A stretch of DNA of 64,000 nt from a virus. Location: IMG/VR virus record IMGVR_UViG_3300010398_000002, positions 1 through 64,000 of that record; one strand, written 5' to 3'. Positions within the stretch are counted from its first letter, which is position 1. Every line of letters begins with the position of its first letter. Under the pieces are notes generated by a model. It saw only the letters and a program-made list of their open reading frames with translations. It was not told where the DNA came from and did not search any database. Shown piece by piece: positions 26,506-36,339 of this stretch. A program made the position numbers and the translations under genes.

Positions 26506-29130
26506 TCACGACACCACCTGCTGTGGTACGGACAGCAACAGGTCCAGCGCCTGGGCCTCGTAGAGCGCGCCGAGCACACCGCACAGGTCCTTCGGGTCAC
26601 GGGTCTTGAGCCACTCCTGACCACCGGTCACCGGCCTGCTGCCACACTTCTCGATCAGGTCGTCAAGGTCGGTGTACGGACCATGCTCCACTATGTGTTG
26701 AGCAGCCTTGATGCCAACGCCCTTAACTGAGATGAGTCCACGGCGTACGAACCTGCCGCTGGGATCGAGGGCATAGCTGACATCACTGGAGTTAACGGCA
26801 GCGCTCTTGACGCGCACGTCATGGCTGCGCGCAGCGTGTAGATACTCTGGTTCTTTATCCTTTGTTCCCGCAAACGACGCCAACAGTGCAGCAAAATATG
26901 GCACAGGATGATGGGTCTTTAGATAAGCTGTCTGGTAGGCAGTCAGTCCGTAGCGGGTGGCGTGGGCTCGGTTGAATCCGTAGTCGGCGAAGCCCTCAAT
27001 GGCTCGCCATAGCATCGCTCCTTCGGCGTCGGGTATCCCGGCCCCGGCGCACAGTCGGTATACGTCGGCGCCGTAGGAAGCGATGACTTCCGCCGCAGCA
27101 GCCACGTTGTTGTTGCTGGCCTTGACCGCCTTGAGCAGCTCCGTCAGGTCCTCCGGGCTCATCCCGAGCGCGCGCAGAATCTCGATGACCTGCTCCTGGA
27201 ACACCACGAGCCCGTGCGTGTCCTTCAATGCTTTGCCCAGTATCGGGTGCATATCTGGAACTTTGTGTAGCTTGAAGCGACGCGCCAGATACTCCTGTGT
27301 GGCTCCAGAACCCATCACCGCAGGTCTGTATAGGGCCATCACCGCAATGATGTCGGCGACGTTGCGCACCCGCAGTTCCTGGGCGCCGCGCCGATTGGTG
27401 AAGCCGTCGAACTGGAACACGCCCACTGTGTCGCCACGCTGCACCGTGGACAGGGTCGCCGAGTCGTTCAGCGGTATCCAGTCCAGGCCCTCCACCGGAT
27501 CGCGGCCCAGGTTCTCCAGCGTCTGCCGGATCGTGGACAGCGCCCGCAGCCCGAGCAGGTCCAGCTTGACCAGGCCGAGGCTCTCGATGTCGTCCATCGT
27601 GTACTGGCTTGCAGTGGTCTTGCTGCTGGCCACGTACATGGTCGGCACGAGCTGGTCGAACTCGGCGTCGCTCGTCGTCACGACCAGCCCGGCCGCATGT
27701 ACTCCATACCCAGAAGTGGCACCCGACCTCGACAACATCGAGAGCATGATCTTGTCGTCCTCGGGCACCGCGTCCCAGGCGAGCGTCTCGCCCTCGGCCA
27801 GCGACTTGCGTGCCTTGGCCATGTACTTGACCACCAGGCTGCCCTTGCCGTCCTCGCCAGGCGTCATGCCCAGCTCCAGGTAGGTGCCGATCTGGTGCAC
27901 CGAGAAGCGCTGCCTGATCCAGGCGATGACATCAGCGCGCCGGGTGTACTCCACGTCCAGGTCGATGTCCGGTGGCTTGGTGCGGTCGGTGGTGATGAAC
28001 CGCTCGTAGCGCAGCTTCCACCAGACCGGGTCCACGCTGGTGATGCCCAGCCGGTAGCAGACCAGCGAGCCGGACGCCGAGCCGCGCGCCTGGAAGATGA
28101 TTCCTTCCCTGCGCATGTAATCGGTGACCTCGGCCACCAGCAGCAGATACCCGGCCATGTCGGTGGCCTCGATGACCGCCAGCTCCTCTGCTAACAATCC
28201 GCTCTTGTCCGATCCGACACGAGCGCGCAGCACTGCCATCGGATCGGGCGTGATCTGTGGGATGCGATAGCGGTAGCGATCGAGCTGCGGGATGCTCAGG
28301 TGCCATCTGGCCGCAAGGTCGGCCATTCCTGCTAGCCCAGCCGCCCAGTGCGCAGGAGTGTGCCGAGCCTTCACCTCGGCGGTTGCGGCCAGGTGGTAGC
28401 CATGCCCTCGAAAGACACCGTCGTCGTCGCCTGAGCCGTACGAAACAAGGCGTTTAAGCGCGTCGTGTGCTGCCCGTTGGACAGGTCTTGCATAGTGCAC
28501 GTCGCCAGTAACCAGACAGGGGAGCCCAAGGCGATCCGCCAGTTCCGCCAGCGCCCCACATAGCTCGGCATCGGTGATGCCGTCGTCCCACGTGATGTCA
28601 TGGTTCATCAGCTCCACATAGCAGGCGTCGAACCAGAGCGCGTACATGGCCAGCGTGTTCATCGCGGCCTCGGGCCCGTAGTTCAACAGGTCCTGGATCG
28701 GTAGCCCGGACCAGCATCCGGACAGGCACGCCAGCCCGGTCAGCCACCCCTCCTCGGCACACTCGGCCAGGTCGGCGAGATCGAGCAGCGGCTTGTGGAA
28801 GAACTGCGCGTGTGCCCGGCTGGAGAGCCGGACCAGGTTGCGATACCCCTCGGTGCTGAACGCCAGCACTCCGAGGTGGTGCCGCTTTGCTTTCTTGTCG
28901 CGCCGGTCTCGGACGAGATAGAACTCCTCACCGGGAAATGGAGCGATTCCAGATTTCATGCACTCGCGGTAGAGCTGCACGCTGCCGGACATATTGCCGT
29001 GGTCGGTGAGGGCCAGGCAGGGCTGGTCGTTCGCCCCTGCCTGGCCCACCAACGTCGGCACAGAGCTGATCGCATCCCCGGACGAGTAGACCGAGTGGAC
29101 GTGAAGGTGGCTCCATGCCGAATCGGTCAT
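26506..29130 (-). CDS. dnaE: DNA polymerase III alpha subunit (DnaE-like, PHP domain)
   Basis: 874 aa. N-terminal HLHVHSVYSSGD (PHP). Overall DnaE-like sequence by eye. Confidence 0.85.
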   Translation of the reverse strand: MTDSAWSHLHVHSVYSSGDAISSVPTLVGQAGANDQPCLALTDHGNMSGSVQLYRECMKSGIAPFPGEEFYLVRDRRDKKAKRHHLGVLAFSTEGYRNLVRLSSRAHAQFFHKPLLDLADLAECAEEGWLTGLACLSGCWSGLPIQDLLNYGPEAAMNTLAMYALWFDACYVELMNHDITWDDGITDAELCGALAELADRLGLPCLVTGDVHYARPVQRAAHDALKRLVSYGSGDDDGVFRGHGYHLAATAEVKARHTPAHWAAGLAGMADLAARWHLSIPQLDRYRYRIPQITPDPMAVLRARVGSDKSGLLAEELAVIEATDMAGYLLLVAEVTDYMRREGIIFQARGSASGSLVCYRLGITSVDPVWWKLRYERFITTDRTKPPDIDLDVEYTRRADVIAWIRQRFSVHQIGTYLELGMTPGEDGKGSLVVKYMAKARKSLAEGETLAWDAVPEDDKIMLSMLSRSGATSGYGVHAAGLVVTTSDAEFDQLVPTMYVASSKTTASQYTMDDIESLGLVKLDLLGLRALSTIRQTLENLGRDPVEGLDWIPLNDSATLSTVQRGDTVGVFQFDGFTNRRGAQELRVRNVADIIAVMALYRPAVMGSGATQEYLARRFKLHKVPDMHPILGKALKDTHGLVVFQEQVIEILRALGMSPEDLTELLKAVKASNNNVAAAAEVIASYGADVYRLCAGAGIPDAEGAMLWRAIEGFADYGFNRAHATRYGLTAYQTAYLKTHHPVPYFAALLASFAGTKDKEPEYLHAARSHDVRVKSAAVNSSDVSYALDPSGRFVRRGLISVKGVGIKAAQHIVEHGPYTDLDDLIEKCGSRPVTGGQEWLKTRDPKDLCGVLGALYEAQALDLLLSVPQQVVS

Positions 29131-30077
29131 GAGCTGAAATTGGTCAACAGGATGTCGATGATCTGGTCCCGGCTCATGGTCAGCGTGACCTCGACCTGAG
29201 CCTGGCGAGCCAAGTTGATCAGCTCGGTCCGAGGCATGTTGCGCAGGTCGTCCTCGCTGATCTCGATGACATCCTCGTCCGGCGCAGGCTCCGGCTGTGG
29301 CTCAGCCTGGGCACGAGCTGGTGCCCTACGCCTACGTGGTGTCGGAGGCGGTGTCGGCTCAGGCTCCGGCTCAGCCGCAGGTACGTCGGGCTGCTCAAAA
29401 GGGGGCTCCCCGCCCTCGACCTCGGGTGACGCAGGAGCCACTCCACGCCGCATCGACGCGATCGTCGGACTCTCGGCCCGCCTGGTGCGCCGTGGCTCGT
29501 CCTCCTCGTCCCGCGCCCTGCGACCACCGTTGCCACGCCTGGTGCTGACCCCACGATCCGGATCAAAGTCCGGCCAGGCGGCAGCGAACTGGCTGCCCAG
29601 CATCTCCTGCGGGTCGATCACGTCCTGGTAGACCGACAGGTCGATGGCGACCTTCTCTTCCTGTTCCACGTCGTACTCGGTGTCCAGCCCCTTGCCGGAG
29701 CGGATCAGCGTGTAGTCGCGGTTGGTGATGGTGCCGCCGTTGCGGTCGTTGCGCAGCGACAGCCGGTTGGCCAGGTCCATCGGCAGCTTGAGCGCGTACA
29801 CCCGGCCGGTGCGCGGGTCAAGCACGGTGGCCAGGTAGCGCTTGGACGCCTTGCGGGTCTTCTCCGAATCGCTGGTGCAGCCTGGGCAGGTGGCCCGGTC
29901 CTCGGTGCACGGGAAGAACTTCGCCTGGTCGTCGAAGTGCTCCCAGTACTCGATCCAGTCCTCGATCTCCTCGACGAAGCGCACCCGGGTATCCCCGTCG
30001 CGCAGGTTCTTGGGCCAGTCACCACTGGCGTTGGACTGGGTCTGCTCGATCTTCCCGGCTCTCTTGCCGAACTTCAC
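29127..30077 (-). CDS. putative ssDNA-binding protein (gp32-like Zn OB-fold) with acidic/Pro-rich linker and SAP-like C-terminus
   Basis: FPC...CPGC zinc knuckle. Acidic, low-complexity middle. C-terminal DLRNMPRTELINLARQAQVEV (SAP/Rho-N-like). Replication-module context. Confidence 0.5.
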   Translation of the reverse strand: MKFGKRAGKIEQTQSNASGDWPKNLRDGDTRVRFVEEIEDWIEYWEHFDDQAKFFPCTEDRATCPGCTSDSEKTRKASKRYLATVLDPRTGRVYALKLPMDLANRLSLRNDRNGGTITNRDYTLIRSGKGLDTEYDVEQEEKVAIDLSVYQDVIDPQEMLGSQFAAAWPDFDPDRGVSTRRGNGGRRARDEEDEPRRTRRAESPTIASMRRGVAPASPEVEGGEPPFEQPDVPAAEPEPEPTPPPTPRRRRAPARAQAEPQPEPAPDEDVIEISEDDLRNMPRTELINLARQAQVEVTLTMSRDQIIDILLTNFSS

Positions 30078-30086
30078 GTTCTCCTC

Positions 30087-30401
30087 CTATGCCTGCAGAA
30101 TCTGCTTGGCTACGGTCTCGGCTGCACTCATCACCACGTTGTTGACGAATGCGGTGATGCGCGCGGTGGCTGCCTCGGCTGTCTCACCCGGGCCGATCCC
30201 GGCATTGACGCCGTACTTCACCCATGCCTTTTCGCCCTCGGCGTTGATCTCGTGGGTGACCGAGTACTCGATCCGGTCACCTTCAACCACCGCGATGGCA
30301 CGCTCGACTTCCTTGGTCTCGGCGGGTGGCGGCTCGGTCTTGACGATCTTCGGCGGAGTCACCGCACTACGCTGAATCCGCATCCTTCGAGGCGCGCTCA
30401 C
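30087..30401 (-). CDS. hypothetical protein (104 aa; start uncertain)
   Basis: Operon context. Alternative ATG 30383. Confidence 0.55.
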   Translation of the reverse strand: MSAPRRMRIQRSAVTPPKIVKTEPPPAETKEVERAIAVVEGDRIEYSVTHEINAEGEKAWVKYGVNAGIGPGETAEAATARITAFVNNVVMSAAETVAKQILQA

Positions 30402-30795
30402 GACGACGAATCACCTCTTCCCATGACTCGACCGGGCCGGTGAGCCGACCCGGATTGGCGAAGGTCTTCTGACGGTCGGACAGGTACGCACGGATGCGCT
30501 CGATGTCCTTCGGGCTGTAGAGGTAAATCTGCATGCGCCCGAACTGTGCAGCCTTGCTGGGCACCCCGAGCAGGTTGTTGCGCTGCACCTTGCGAATCCA
30601 CCCGGTGGACACGCCCAGCTCCTCGGCCACCTCGCGGGTGGTCTTGTAGGGCACGCCCTCACTGGCAGAAATCTTGGCCACGAACCGGTGTACCGGAGTG
30701 TCACGGACCGGAGTCTGCTGCCGGGTACCGACACTTCTCTTGAGCTTGATCGTCTTCTTCGCTGGCTGCTTGCGAAGCCCTGTCAACTCAGCCAT
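30367..30795 (-). CDS. HTH DNA-binding protein (MerR/Xis-like)
   Basis: YKTTREVAEELGVSTGWIRKVQRNN. ATG 30795 next to the upstream stop at 30788. Confidence 0.65.
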   Translation of the reverse strand: MAELTGLRKQPAKKTIKLKRSVGTRQQTPVRDTPVHRFVAKISASEGVPYKTTREVAEELGVSTGWIRKVQRNNLLGVPSKAAQFGRMQIYLYSPKDIERIRAYLSDRQKTFANPGRLTGPVESWEEVIRRRERASKDADSA

Positions 30796-31267
30796 CCTCT
30801 CCACCCCGGTCGTCCAGCTCGCGCTCCCGCGTGATGAATGGACTGTTGGACTCGGACAGCTTCACGTACGGGGTGAGCAATCTCTTGCTCGCGTGCGTGG
30901 CCACCACCACCGGGTCCACCCGGCCCTCGGCCACCGCAACCTCCAGCTTCTGCCGGTTCAGCTTGAGGTCACACAACTTGTCGTACACGCCAGCGCCGAG
31001 CGCCTTGCGCAGCCCTGCCTCGTTCACGTCCAGCCGCTCGGCCTGCACGACGGTGACCTTGTAGCGGATGCCGTCGTCCAGATCGGTGGTCATCGTCTTG
31101 TAGCCGCGCGCCGACATCGCGGTGACCAGCTCGGCCTGTGCCTCCCGTGTAGCCGCCTCGGCAGCCACCTGTGCGGCCTTGCAGACCCTGACCTGGTCAG
31201 CAAGACGGGCCAGTTCTGCCCGGTCATGGGGCCGGGGACTGGCCCGTGCGATGCGTAGTGTCGCCAT
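30788..31267 (-). CDS. hypothetical protein (159 aa), coiled-coil N-terminus
   Basis: ATG 31267 after GTCAGGAGGAGCA SD. Trimmed from track ORF 30788..31318. Confidence 0.65.
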   Translation of the reverse strand: MATLRIARASPRPHDRAELARLADQVRVCKAAQVAAEAATREAQAELVTAMSARGYKTMTTDLDDGIRYKVTVVQAERLDVNEAGLRKALGAGVYDKLCDLKLNRQKLEVAVAEGRVDPVVVATHASKRLLTPYVKLSESNSPFITRERELDDRGGEDG

Positions 31268-31299
31268 TGCTCCTCCTGACTGTGGTTCACTGTGCTTGA

Positions 31300-31328
31300 T
31301 TGACACGCTACAGGCCAACAGTCATAGT
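31300..31328 (+). promoter_or_regulatory. near-consensus TTGACA-N17-CATAGT promoter pointing antisense into primase
   Basis: TTGACA 31300-05, CATAGT 31323-28, followed by GCAATAGT. Located in the primase/next-gene intergenic gap. Confidence 0.45.
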
Positions 31329-32137
31329 GCAATAGTTTGTTCCAAGATTCTCACGCGAGCAGCCGGGGCCAGCTCCGCCAGGTCCTTGGCGCGGCCCAGC
31401 TGCGTGGCGCGAAGTGCGTACCGCGACCCGCACAGCGCCGCGACCTGCTCGGTGCCGACCGCCCCGGCATCGTCGTTGTCGAACGCGATGACCAGAGTGC
31501 GCGGGTCGATCTTCTCGATCAGCCCGAGCTGCACCGTGGAGAGCATGTTCGAGAAGCAGGCCACCGCGTACCACCCGGCCTCCCACGCCGCGATGGCATC
31601 GGTCGCGCCCTCGGTGAGCACCAGGATGTCCACACTGATCGGCGAGTAGTTGAACAGGAGATGACTGGTCTTGATCCCGGGCGGGTAGCGGTACTTGCGC
31701 TTGCGGGTCTCCACCAACGGGCGGCGCACCACGCCGAGCACCTCACCGGCCGCGTTGCGCAGCGGATAGGTGGCAGCATCGGTCACCACGTCATAGCCGA
31801 GCCGGAAGTGTGCCACGGTGCGCGGCTCGAAGCGGGTCAGCCAGTACTCGCACGGCGGCCCGGCATCGAACTGGTCCAGCCAGGTCTCCGGCTTGGGCAT
31901 GAGTGGCTCCTCCAGCGCATCGCGAACCGACGACAGCACACTCTCGGCCGGGAGCTGGTCGAAGACCGTGCCGTCCACCTTGCCGGACGAGTGGCAGACG
32001 TAGCAGTACCAGATGCCTTTGACGATGTTGACGCTCGCCGACGGATGGACGTCCGGGTGCACCGGGCAGTTGAACTTGCGCTCCCAGCCGTGCCCGGTGG
32101 CCAGCGCATCGGCCAGGGTGATCACGGTTGCCACCAC
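31322..32137 (-). CDS. dnaG: DnaG-type primase (CHC2 zinc finger + TOPRIM)
   Basis: CPVHPDVHPS...YCYVCH zinc finger. LTEGATDAIA...AFDNDDAG TOPRIM acidic motifs. Confidence 0.8.
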   Translation of the reverse strand: MVATVITLADALATGHGWERKFNCPVHPDVHPSASVNIVKGIWYCYVCHSSGKVDGTVFDQLPAESVLSSVRDALEEPLMPKPETWLDQFDAGPPCEYWLTRFEPRTVAHFRLGYDVVTDAATYPLRNAAGEVLGVVRRPLVETRKRKYRYPPGIKTSHLLFNYSPISVDILVLTEGATDAIAAWEAGWYAVACFSNMLSTVQLGLIEKIDPRTLVIAFDNDDAGAVGTEQVAALCGSRYALRATQLGRAKDLAELAPAARVRILEQTIAL

Positions 32138-32406
32138 GCAGGCGGCGCAGTGCGCTGGAAGACCTCGTCAATGACCTTGGCGGCATCGTTGGTGGCCGGG
32201 TCGAGGTAGCGGTGCCCGGTCTCGTTTTCGAGGTAGCGCTCGATGCGGATCAGCGGGGCGTCGATGAGGTCCAGCTCAACACTGGCCGTGGTGTGCGGAT
32301 CGATGCCGTGGTCGCACAGCCAATCGCAGAGTTCCTCGCGCATCTTGTACGGGAGCACGGACCACGGCTCGCAGTTGGCGTCCAGGCACCGCTCGGTGAC
32401 GATCAT
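32122..32406 (-). CDS. hypothetical protein (94 aa)
   Basis: ATGA coupling to DnaB stop. Cys-rich N-terminus. Confidence 0.6.
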   Translation of the reverse strand: MIVTERCLDANCEPWSVLPYKMREELCDWLCDHGIDPHTTASVELDLIDAPLIRIERYLENETGHRYLDPATNDAAKVIDEVFQRTAPPAWWQP

Positions 32407-33629
32407 GGGTCTTCGGCGTCGTCGCGCAACTGCTCGGCGGTGTCCCGGCTGACCTCACCGAACTCACCCAGGTCCGGGTCGAAGCGCGAGTAGAACACCA
32501 CGTCGGAGGGGCCGTGCCGGTTCTTGGCCAGGTTGTACTTCATCGCCGGGCCCATGCGCCGCATCGCCAGGAACACGTCCGCGTCCTGGCCGATCGCATC
32601 GGACTGTGCGATGTCCTTAATGCCGGGCATCCCCATCGCCTTGGCTCCCTCGCGGTTGATCTGCACCGCAGCCAGCACCGGAACCTCGCATTGGATCGCC
32701 AGTTCCTTGAGCTGGTTGGAGATCGAGGCCATCACCCGCCAGTCGTCCACCGCGCGCGCACCCACCGGCAGGCTCATCAGCCCGAGGTAGTCCACCACCA
32801 CCAGGTCCTCGCCCCGGCGCGCGCCGACGGTGGACGGGGTGATGCGCCCGTCCGAGGAGTCCACCACGTCGATGCGCCCGGGCACCTGGTCCGCCAGCTT
32901 CGCCATGATCTGTTTGTAGACGATGCGGTCGGTGGTACGGCGGTGCAGCTCGGTGTGCCGTAGCACCATCCCAAGAGCCCGTGCAGCGGTGGAATGCACG
33001 CGGGCTACCAACTGCTCGGACGGCATCTCCAGGGACAGGTAGCGCACGCACAGCCCCTGCAGGGCGGCATTGACGGCGGTGTGCACCAGCGTCCAGCTCT
33101 TGCCCACGCCGGTCCGCCCCCCGAAGACAACAAAATCACCGGGGCGCATGCCTCCGGTGTTGTTGTGCAGCGTCAGCCAGGGGAACGGCACGCCGATGTC
33201 GTACTCGGCATCGAGCTGGTCGGCCACCATGCTGCTGCGTATCGCGTCGGTGCCACGTGCCGCCGGGGCGACCAGGCGCACGCCGACCATCGTGCCCAGC
33301 GCCTCGGCCACGCTGCCACTGGTCAATGCCTCGGTCGCGGAGAGCACCGCCGCCTTGACGGTGCGCTGATTGGCACGCTCGACCACCTGGTCCGCGTAGT
33401 AGGCCACCTCGGTGGCCTGTCTTCGGTACGGGAAGTCCGGGAACGCCGAGGCCAACACGTCGGCACTGGGCATCTCCCGGTACATCCGCAGATAGCGGGA
33501 CAGCCACTCCCACTCCACGTGGTAACCGGGGAAGTGCTCTGGTGCCACACCCCGATCGAGGGCCGTCCCCAGGTCTCCGGTGTTGATCACTGATGAGATC
33601 AACAAAGCCTCAGGGGATGGTAGGCGCAC
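32403..33629 (-). CDS. dnaB: DnaB-family replicative helicase
   Basis: Walker A GGRTGVGKSW, Walker B VVVDYLGLM, RecA-like C-terminal domain. GTG start 33629. Confidence 0.85.
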   Translation of the reverse strand: MRLPSPEALLISSVINTGDLGTALDRGVAPEHFPGYHVEWEWLSRYLRMYREMPSADVLASAFPDFPYRRQATEVAYYADQVVERANQRTVKAAVLSATEALTSGSVAEALGTMVGVRLVAPAARGTDAIRSSMVADQLDAEYDIGVPFPWLTLHNNTGGMRPGDFVVFGGRTGVGKSWTLVHTAVNAALQGLCVRYLSLEMPSEQLVARVHSTAARALGMVLRHTELHRRTTDRIVYKQIMAKLADQVPGRIDVVDSSDGRITPSTVGARRGEDLVVVDYLGLMSLPVGARAVDDWRVMASISNQLKELAIQCEVPVLAAVQINREGAKAMGMPGIKDIAQSDAIGQDADVFLAMRRMGPAMKYNLAKNRHGPSDVVFYSRFDPDLGEFGEVSRDTAEQLRDDAEDP

Positions 33630-33769
33630 AGGGAGTTTCTACTCTCACATGTGGGTTAACGCAACAACCACAACAGTGAGGCAGAATCCAATGGAGGCAT
33701 CAGCAGATGTAGAACCGACGTCTCCCCGGCGCCCTTCCAGCATGGACCCCGGCTCCGACAAAGGACAGG

Positions 33770-33946
33770 TCAGTAGCCTGCCTCTTTGAGCGTGAACAAG
33801 ATCATGTTCCGGCGCCGCTGCGCGCACTGCATGAGATAGCTGCTGATCCAGTTGCGTTGCTGCTGCTCGTCATAGAGAAAGTCCAGTGCTTCCCAGACCT
33901 TCTGCGGCAGCTGCACGCTGGCGGCCAGCTCAGCTAAGGGCGGCAT
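33770..33946 (-). CDS. hypothetical small protein (58 aa)
   Basis: Below track cutoff. ATG 33946. MPPLAELAASVQLPQKVWEALDFLYDEQQQRNW... TGA at 33772-70. Confidence 0.5.
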   Translation of the reverse strand: MPPLAELAASVQLPQKVWEALDFLYDEQQQRNWISSYLMQCAQRRRNMILFTLKEAGY

Positions 33947-34148
33947 CGCGCTGCACTGCTTCGATGACCTTGGTCAGCGCGGCGACGACACCCTCTGCGC
34001 CGTCTTCCATGTCCAGCCCGGAGTGCTCGATGGTCACCTCGACGACCTCGCCGGTCGAGACGAACTCGATGAGCAGGTAGGGCACTCCGCCGATCACCCG
34101 GAAGGGACGATCGCCCAGTCGGGACAGGGTTGCTCCGTCGCCATCCAC
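33930..34148 (-). CDS. hypothetical small protein (72 aa)
   Basis: Track ORF. Operon context. Start uncertain. Confidence 0.5.
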   Translation of the reverse strand: MDGDGATLSRLGDRPFRVIGGVPYLLIEFVSTGEVVEVTIEHSGLDMEDGAEGVVAALTKVIEAVQRDAALS

Positions 34149-34789
34149 ACCGGCACCCCTCTCGCGTGTGCCTTACCGACACAGTCTGCCGTGCCCGTCC
34201 CGCCAGGGAACGCCACCAGCAGCTCCGGCTTGAACTCGTCCAGCATCACGCCGTTGCGGATCAGCCCGGCGCCGTGGCCGTAGCGGTCCCAGTCGGCCTC
34301 GAAGGTCACCGGCTTGATCCCGTTGGCCCGGGCCCACCTGCGAGCCAGCCGGTCGGCACCACGCGCCCCGCCTTGAGCCAACGCTGCCACTGGCATTACC
34401 TGGGTTAAACATGTGGCAATTGTGAGGTAGTTCGTATAGTCACGGCCACCGGTTACCGCTATCCTCAGCGCGTCCGGTAAGGGGGAAGCCGACTGGGGCG
34501 GAAGCGGGATGCGGATAATGCCCGAGCAGCGACCGTGTCTCAGCTTCCGTCCTGCTATCCGGCCCTTGCCCGGCTCGTAGTGCCAGTGCCAGCCACCACT
34601 TCGGATGACCGGGTCGCCCTGGCGTATCTGCTTGCCGCAGAGCCAGCACATTCGGCCGTCCTCGGCCACGCTGCAGTAGCCGGTCTGGGTGGGGATGCGG
34701 CCCCAGCGCCGTTCGTAGTCCTCACTGATCAACCGGAAGTGCGCCCGCACCTTGAGGTCGGGCCCGTCGCTGTACGGCCGGTCCGGCAT
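34094..34789 (-). CDS. SLOG/DUF2493-like Rossmann protein with Cys-rich N-terminal extension
   Basis: RIAVTGGRDY...AQGGARGADRLA..WA......F.ADW..YG..AG..RN..M......LVAFPGG.GT is the DUF2493 pattern. ATG 34789 chosen. Confidence 0.65.
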   Translation of the reverse strand: MPDRPYSDGPDLKVRAHFRLISEDYERRWGRIPTQTGYCSVAEDGRMCWLCGKQIRQGDPVIRSGGWHWHYEPGKGRIAGRKLRHGRCSGIIRIPLPPQSASPLPDALRIAVTGGRDYTNYLTIATCLTQVMPVAALAQGGARGADRLARRWARANGIKPVTFEADWDRYGHGAGLIRNGVMLDEFKPELLVAFPGGTGTADCVGKAHARGVPVWMATEQPCPDWAIVPSG

Positions 34790-35357
34790 GGTCCTCCATA
34801 GCAATCGGCCCGGACACTTCCCTCTCGGGTGGCCCGGGCCTATGCTGCAGATCGTCACATCGGCGGGTCCGAGCCTAACAGTGCCCAGCTCCTCCCGCCA
34901 TTAGCGAGAGGGGCTTTTTTGATTATCTGTGAGGGTGGCAAGCCTAAGCACCCGTGCCGGATACCACCGGACCGCCTGTATCTAGGGCTACCGGTCTGCC
35001 ACATGCACGATCCAAACGGCAAGCATGTCAAGGCGCATCCTGAGTACCGCGATGCGTTCGTGAAACGACTCCAGAAGCGAGTCCGGAAACTGGCCGGGTA
35101 GTAGGGCCGAGCGACCCGCTGCCCGAGCGGAGTACGCCATGACGCCGTGCAGGGGGCCTGCCGACACCGGGCTCTAACACTCGTCGCAGAGGGTATCCGG
35201 CCATGTCCGGGGGCCCAGTCAGCACTGCGGCTGGGTCTCGCCGCGCCCGACGGGCGTACAGCCGGACCGTGGATGCGGAGTTAGTTGCAGCCCGACAAAT
35301 CGGGTGAGGAGAGCACGGAAGTGCTATGCCCGTTATCAGTTAGTGGCAGTCTGTAGC

Positions 35358-35372
35358 AGTGTGTGGTATAGT
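35358..35372 (+). promoter_or_regulatory. extended -10 promoter GTGTGTGGTATAGT (first of plus block)
   Basis: TATAGT 35367-72 with upstream TG. Confidence 0.55.
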
Positions 35373-35488
35373 GGTACCTGTCATTGAGAGGCCACCGCCC
35401 CAAAGGGCGGACTGGCACCGAGGAATCCTCGGGAATCTGGGTGGAAATCCAGAGGTCCAGTGCAGACCTATTCGTAAAGGAGGCATCA

Positions 35489-35743
35489 ATGACAAACGTC
35501 CATCAACTACACAATGTGCCAGAGTTCACGCCTGCTGAGGCTGCGATCCTGGCAGCCGTGGAGGACCGGAACAAGGCCGAACGGGAAAGGCGTCGTAAAC
35601 AAGGTGTCGCGCTAGCGTCACTGAGAAAACGGGTCAGCCTTCTCGAACGAACTGTCCAACACGACGCGGCAGAGACCGCAGCACTCAAAGAGGTGGTGCG
35701 GGAACTCAGGGTCCAGCTCAACATGGCGGTCTACAGCCGTTGA
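35489..35743 (+). CDS. small coiled-coil protein (84 aa)
   Basis: ATG 35489 after AAAGGAGG. Trimmed from track ORF 35384..35743. Confidence 0.7.
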   Translation: MTNVHQLHNVPEFTPAEAAILAAVEDRNKAERERRRKQGVALASLRKRVSLLERTVQHDAAETAALKEVVRELRVQLNMAVYSR

Positions 35744-35760
35744 AATTGCTGGAACGTAGG

Positions 35761-35789
35761 GCCCCGGGCAACCGGGGCTCTTTCTTTTT
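35761..35789 (+). terminator. intrinsic terminator
   Basis: GCCCCGG-GCAA-CCGGGGC then TCTTTCTTTTT. Confidence 0.75.
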
Positions 35790-35821
35790 GCCCACTTTGC
35801 CCTAGCCTTGTTATCCTCTGG

Positions 35822-35852
35822 TTAGGCATAGTGGCACTGTGTGTGCTATACT
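35822..35852 (+). promoter_or_regulatory. promoter with CATAGTG box and TGTGCTATACT
   Basis: TATACT 35847-52. Confidence 0.5.
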
Positions 35853-35904
35853 GGACGCAGTTCGGGGTACACCGCCCCGGGCACGATAGTGAGGAGAACT
35901 CAAT

Positions 35905-36207
35905 ATGACTGACACCACGCCAGAGGCCGGTGCTCACACCCAAACTCCCGCAACCGAGCAGGTTGCTGAGGAAGAGGTCGAGTACTACGAGCCATGGTGG
36001 CGGCGCACCGTTGGATCGGTACTGCCGCAGGACGCGGAGCAGCGTCGGACCATGCTGGTCCGGGCAGGCACCACCGTCCTCGCGACCGCAGTCTCCGGCC
36101 CGTTCGGGGTTGCCGTCCTCGGCTACAACGTGGCTGACTACATCCGCAACGCCAAGCTGCGGGAAGAGGGTAAGCCGCCGGTCGGACTGATCGAGGGCGT
36201 CATCTGA
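35905..36207 (+). CDS. hypothetical protein (100 aa), acidic N-terminus with a hydrophobic segment
   Basis: SD GTGAGGAGAAC. Track ORF. Confidence 0.7.
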   Translation: MTDTTPEAGAHTQTPATEQVAEEEVEYYEPWWRRTVGSVLPQDAEQRRTMLVRAGTTVLATAVSGPFGVAVLGYNVADYIRNAKLREEGKPPVGLIEGVI

Positions 36208-36226
36208 CGAGAGCCCCACAGAGCTG

Positions 36227-36263
36227 CCCCACCGCTTCACGTGAGCGGTGGGGCTCTCTTTTG
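36227..36263 (+). terminator. intrinsic terminator
   Basis: CCCCACCGCT / AGCGGTGGGG 10-bp stem then CTCTCTTTTG. Confidence 0.75.
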
Positions 36264-36289
36264 CCATTAATCACATTATGTGGTATAGT
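36261..36289 (+). promoter_or_regulatory. promoter TTGCCA-N17-TATAGT (TGTGGTATAGT)
   Basis: TTGCCA 36261-66, TATAGT 36284-89. Confidence 0.6.
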
Positions 36290-36339
36290 GGATACCAGTG
36301 AGACCGGAAATACCGGTCCACCGACAAGAGGAGAACGTC

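Noticed and set aside
34829-35101. Plus-strand ORF in the divergent control region (possible TTG start ~34918, Cys/His-rich 60 aa: CEGGKPKHPCRIPPD...CHMHDPNGKH)
   Set aside because: GC3 is only ~68% by my count, the start and SD are uncertain, and no promoter of the conserved class is present. It may be real but cannot be supported well enough to list.
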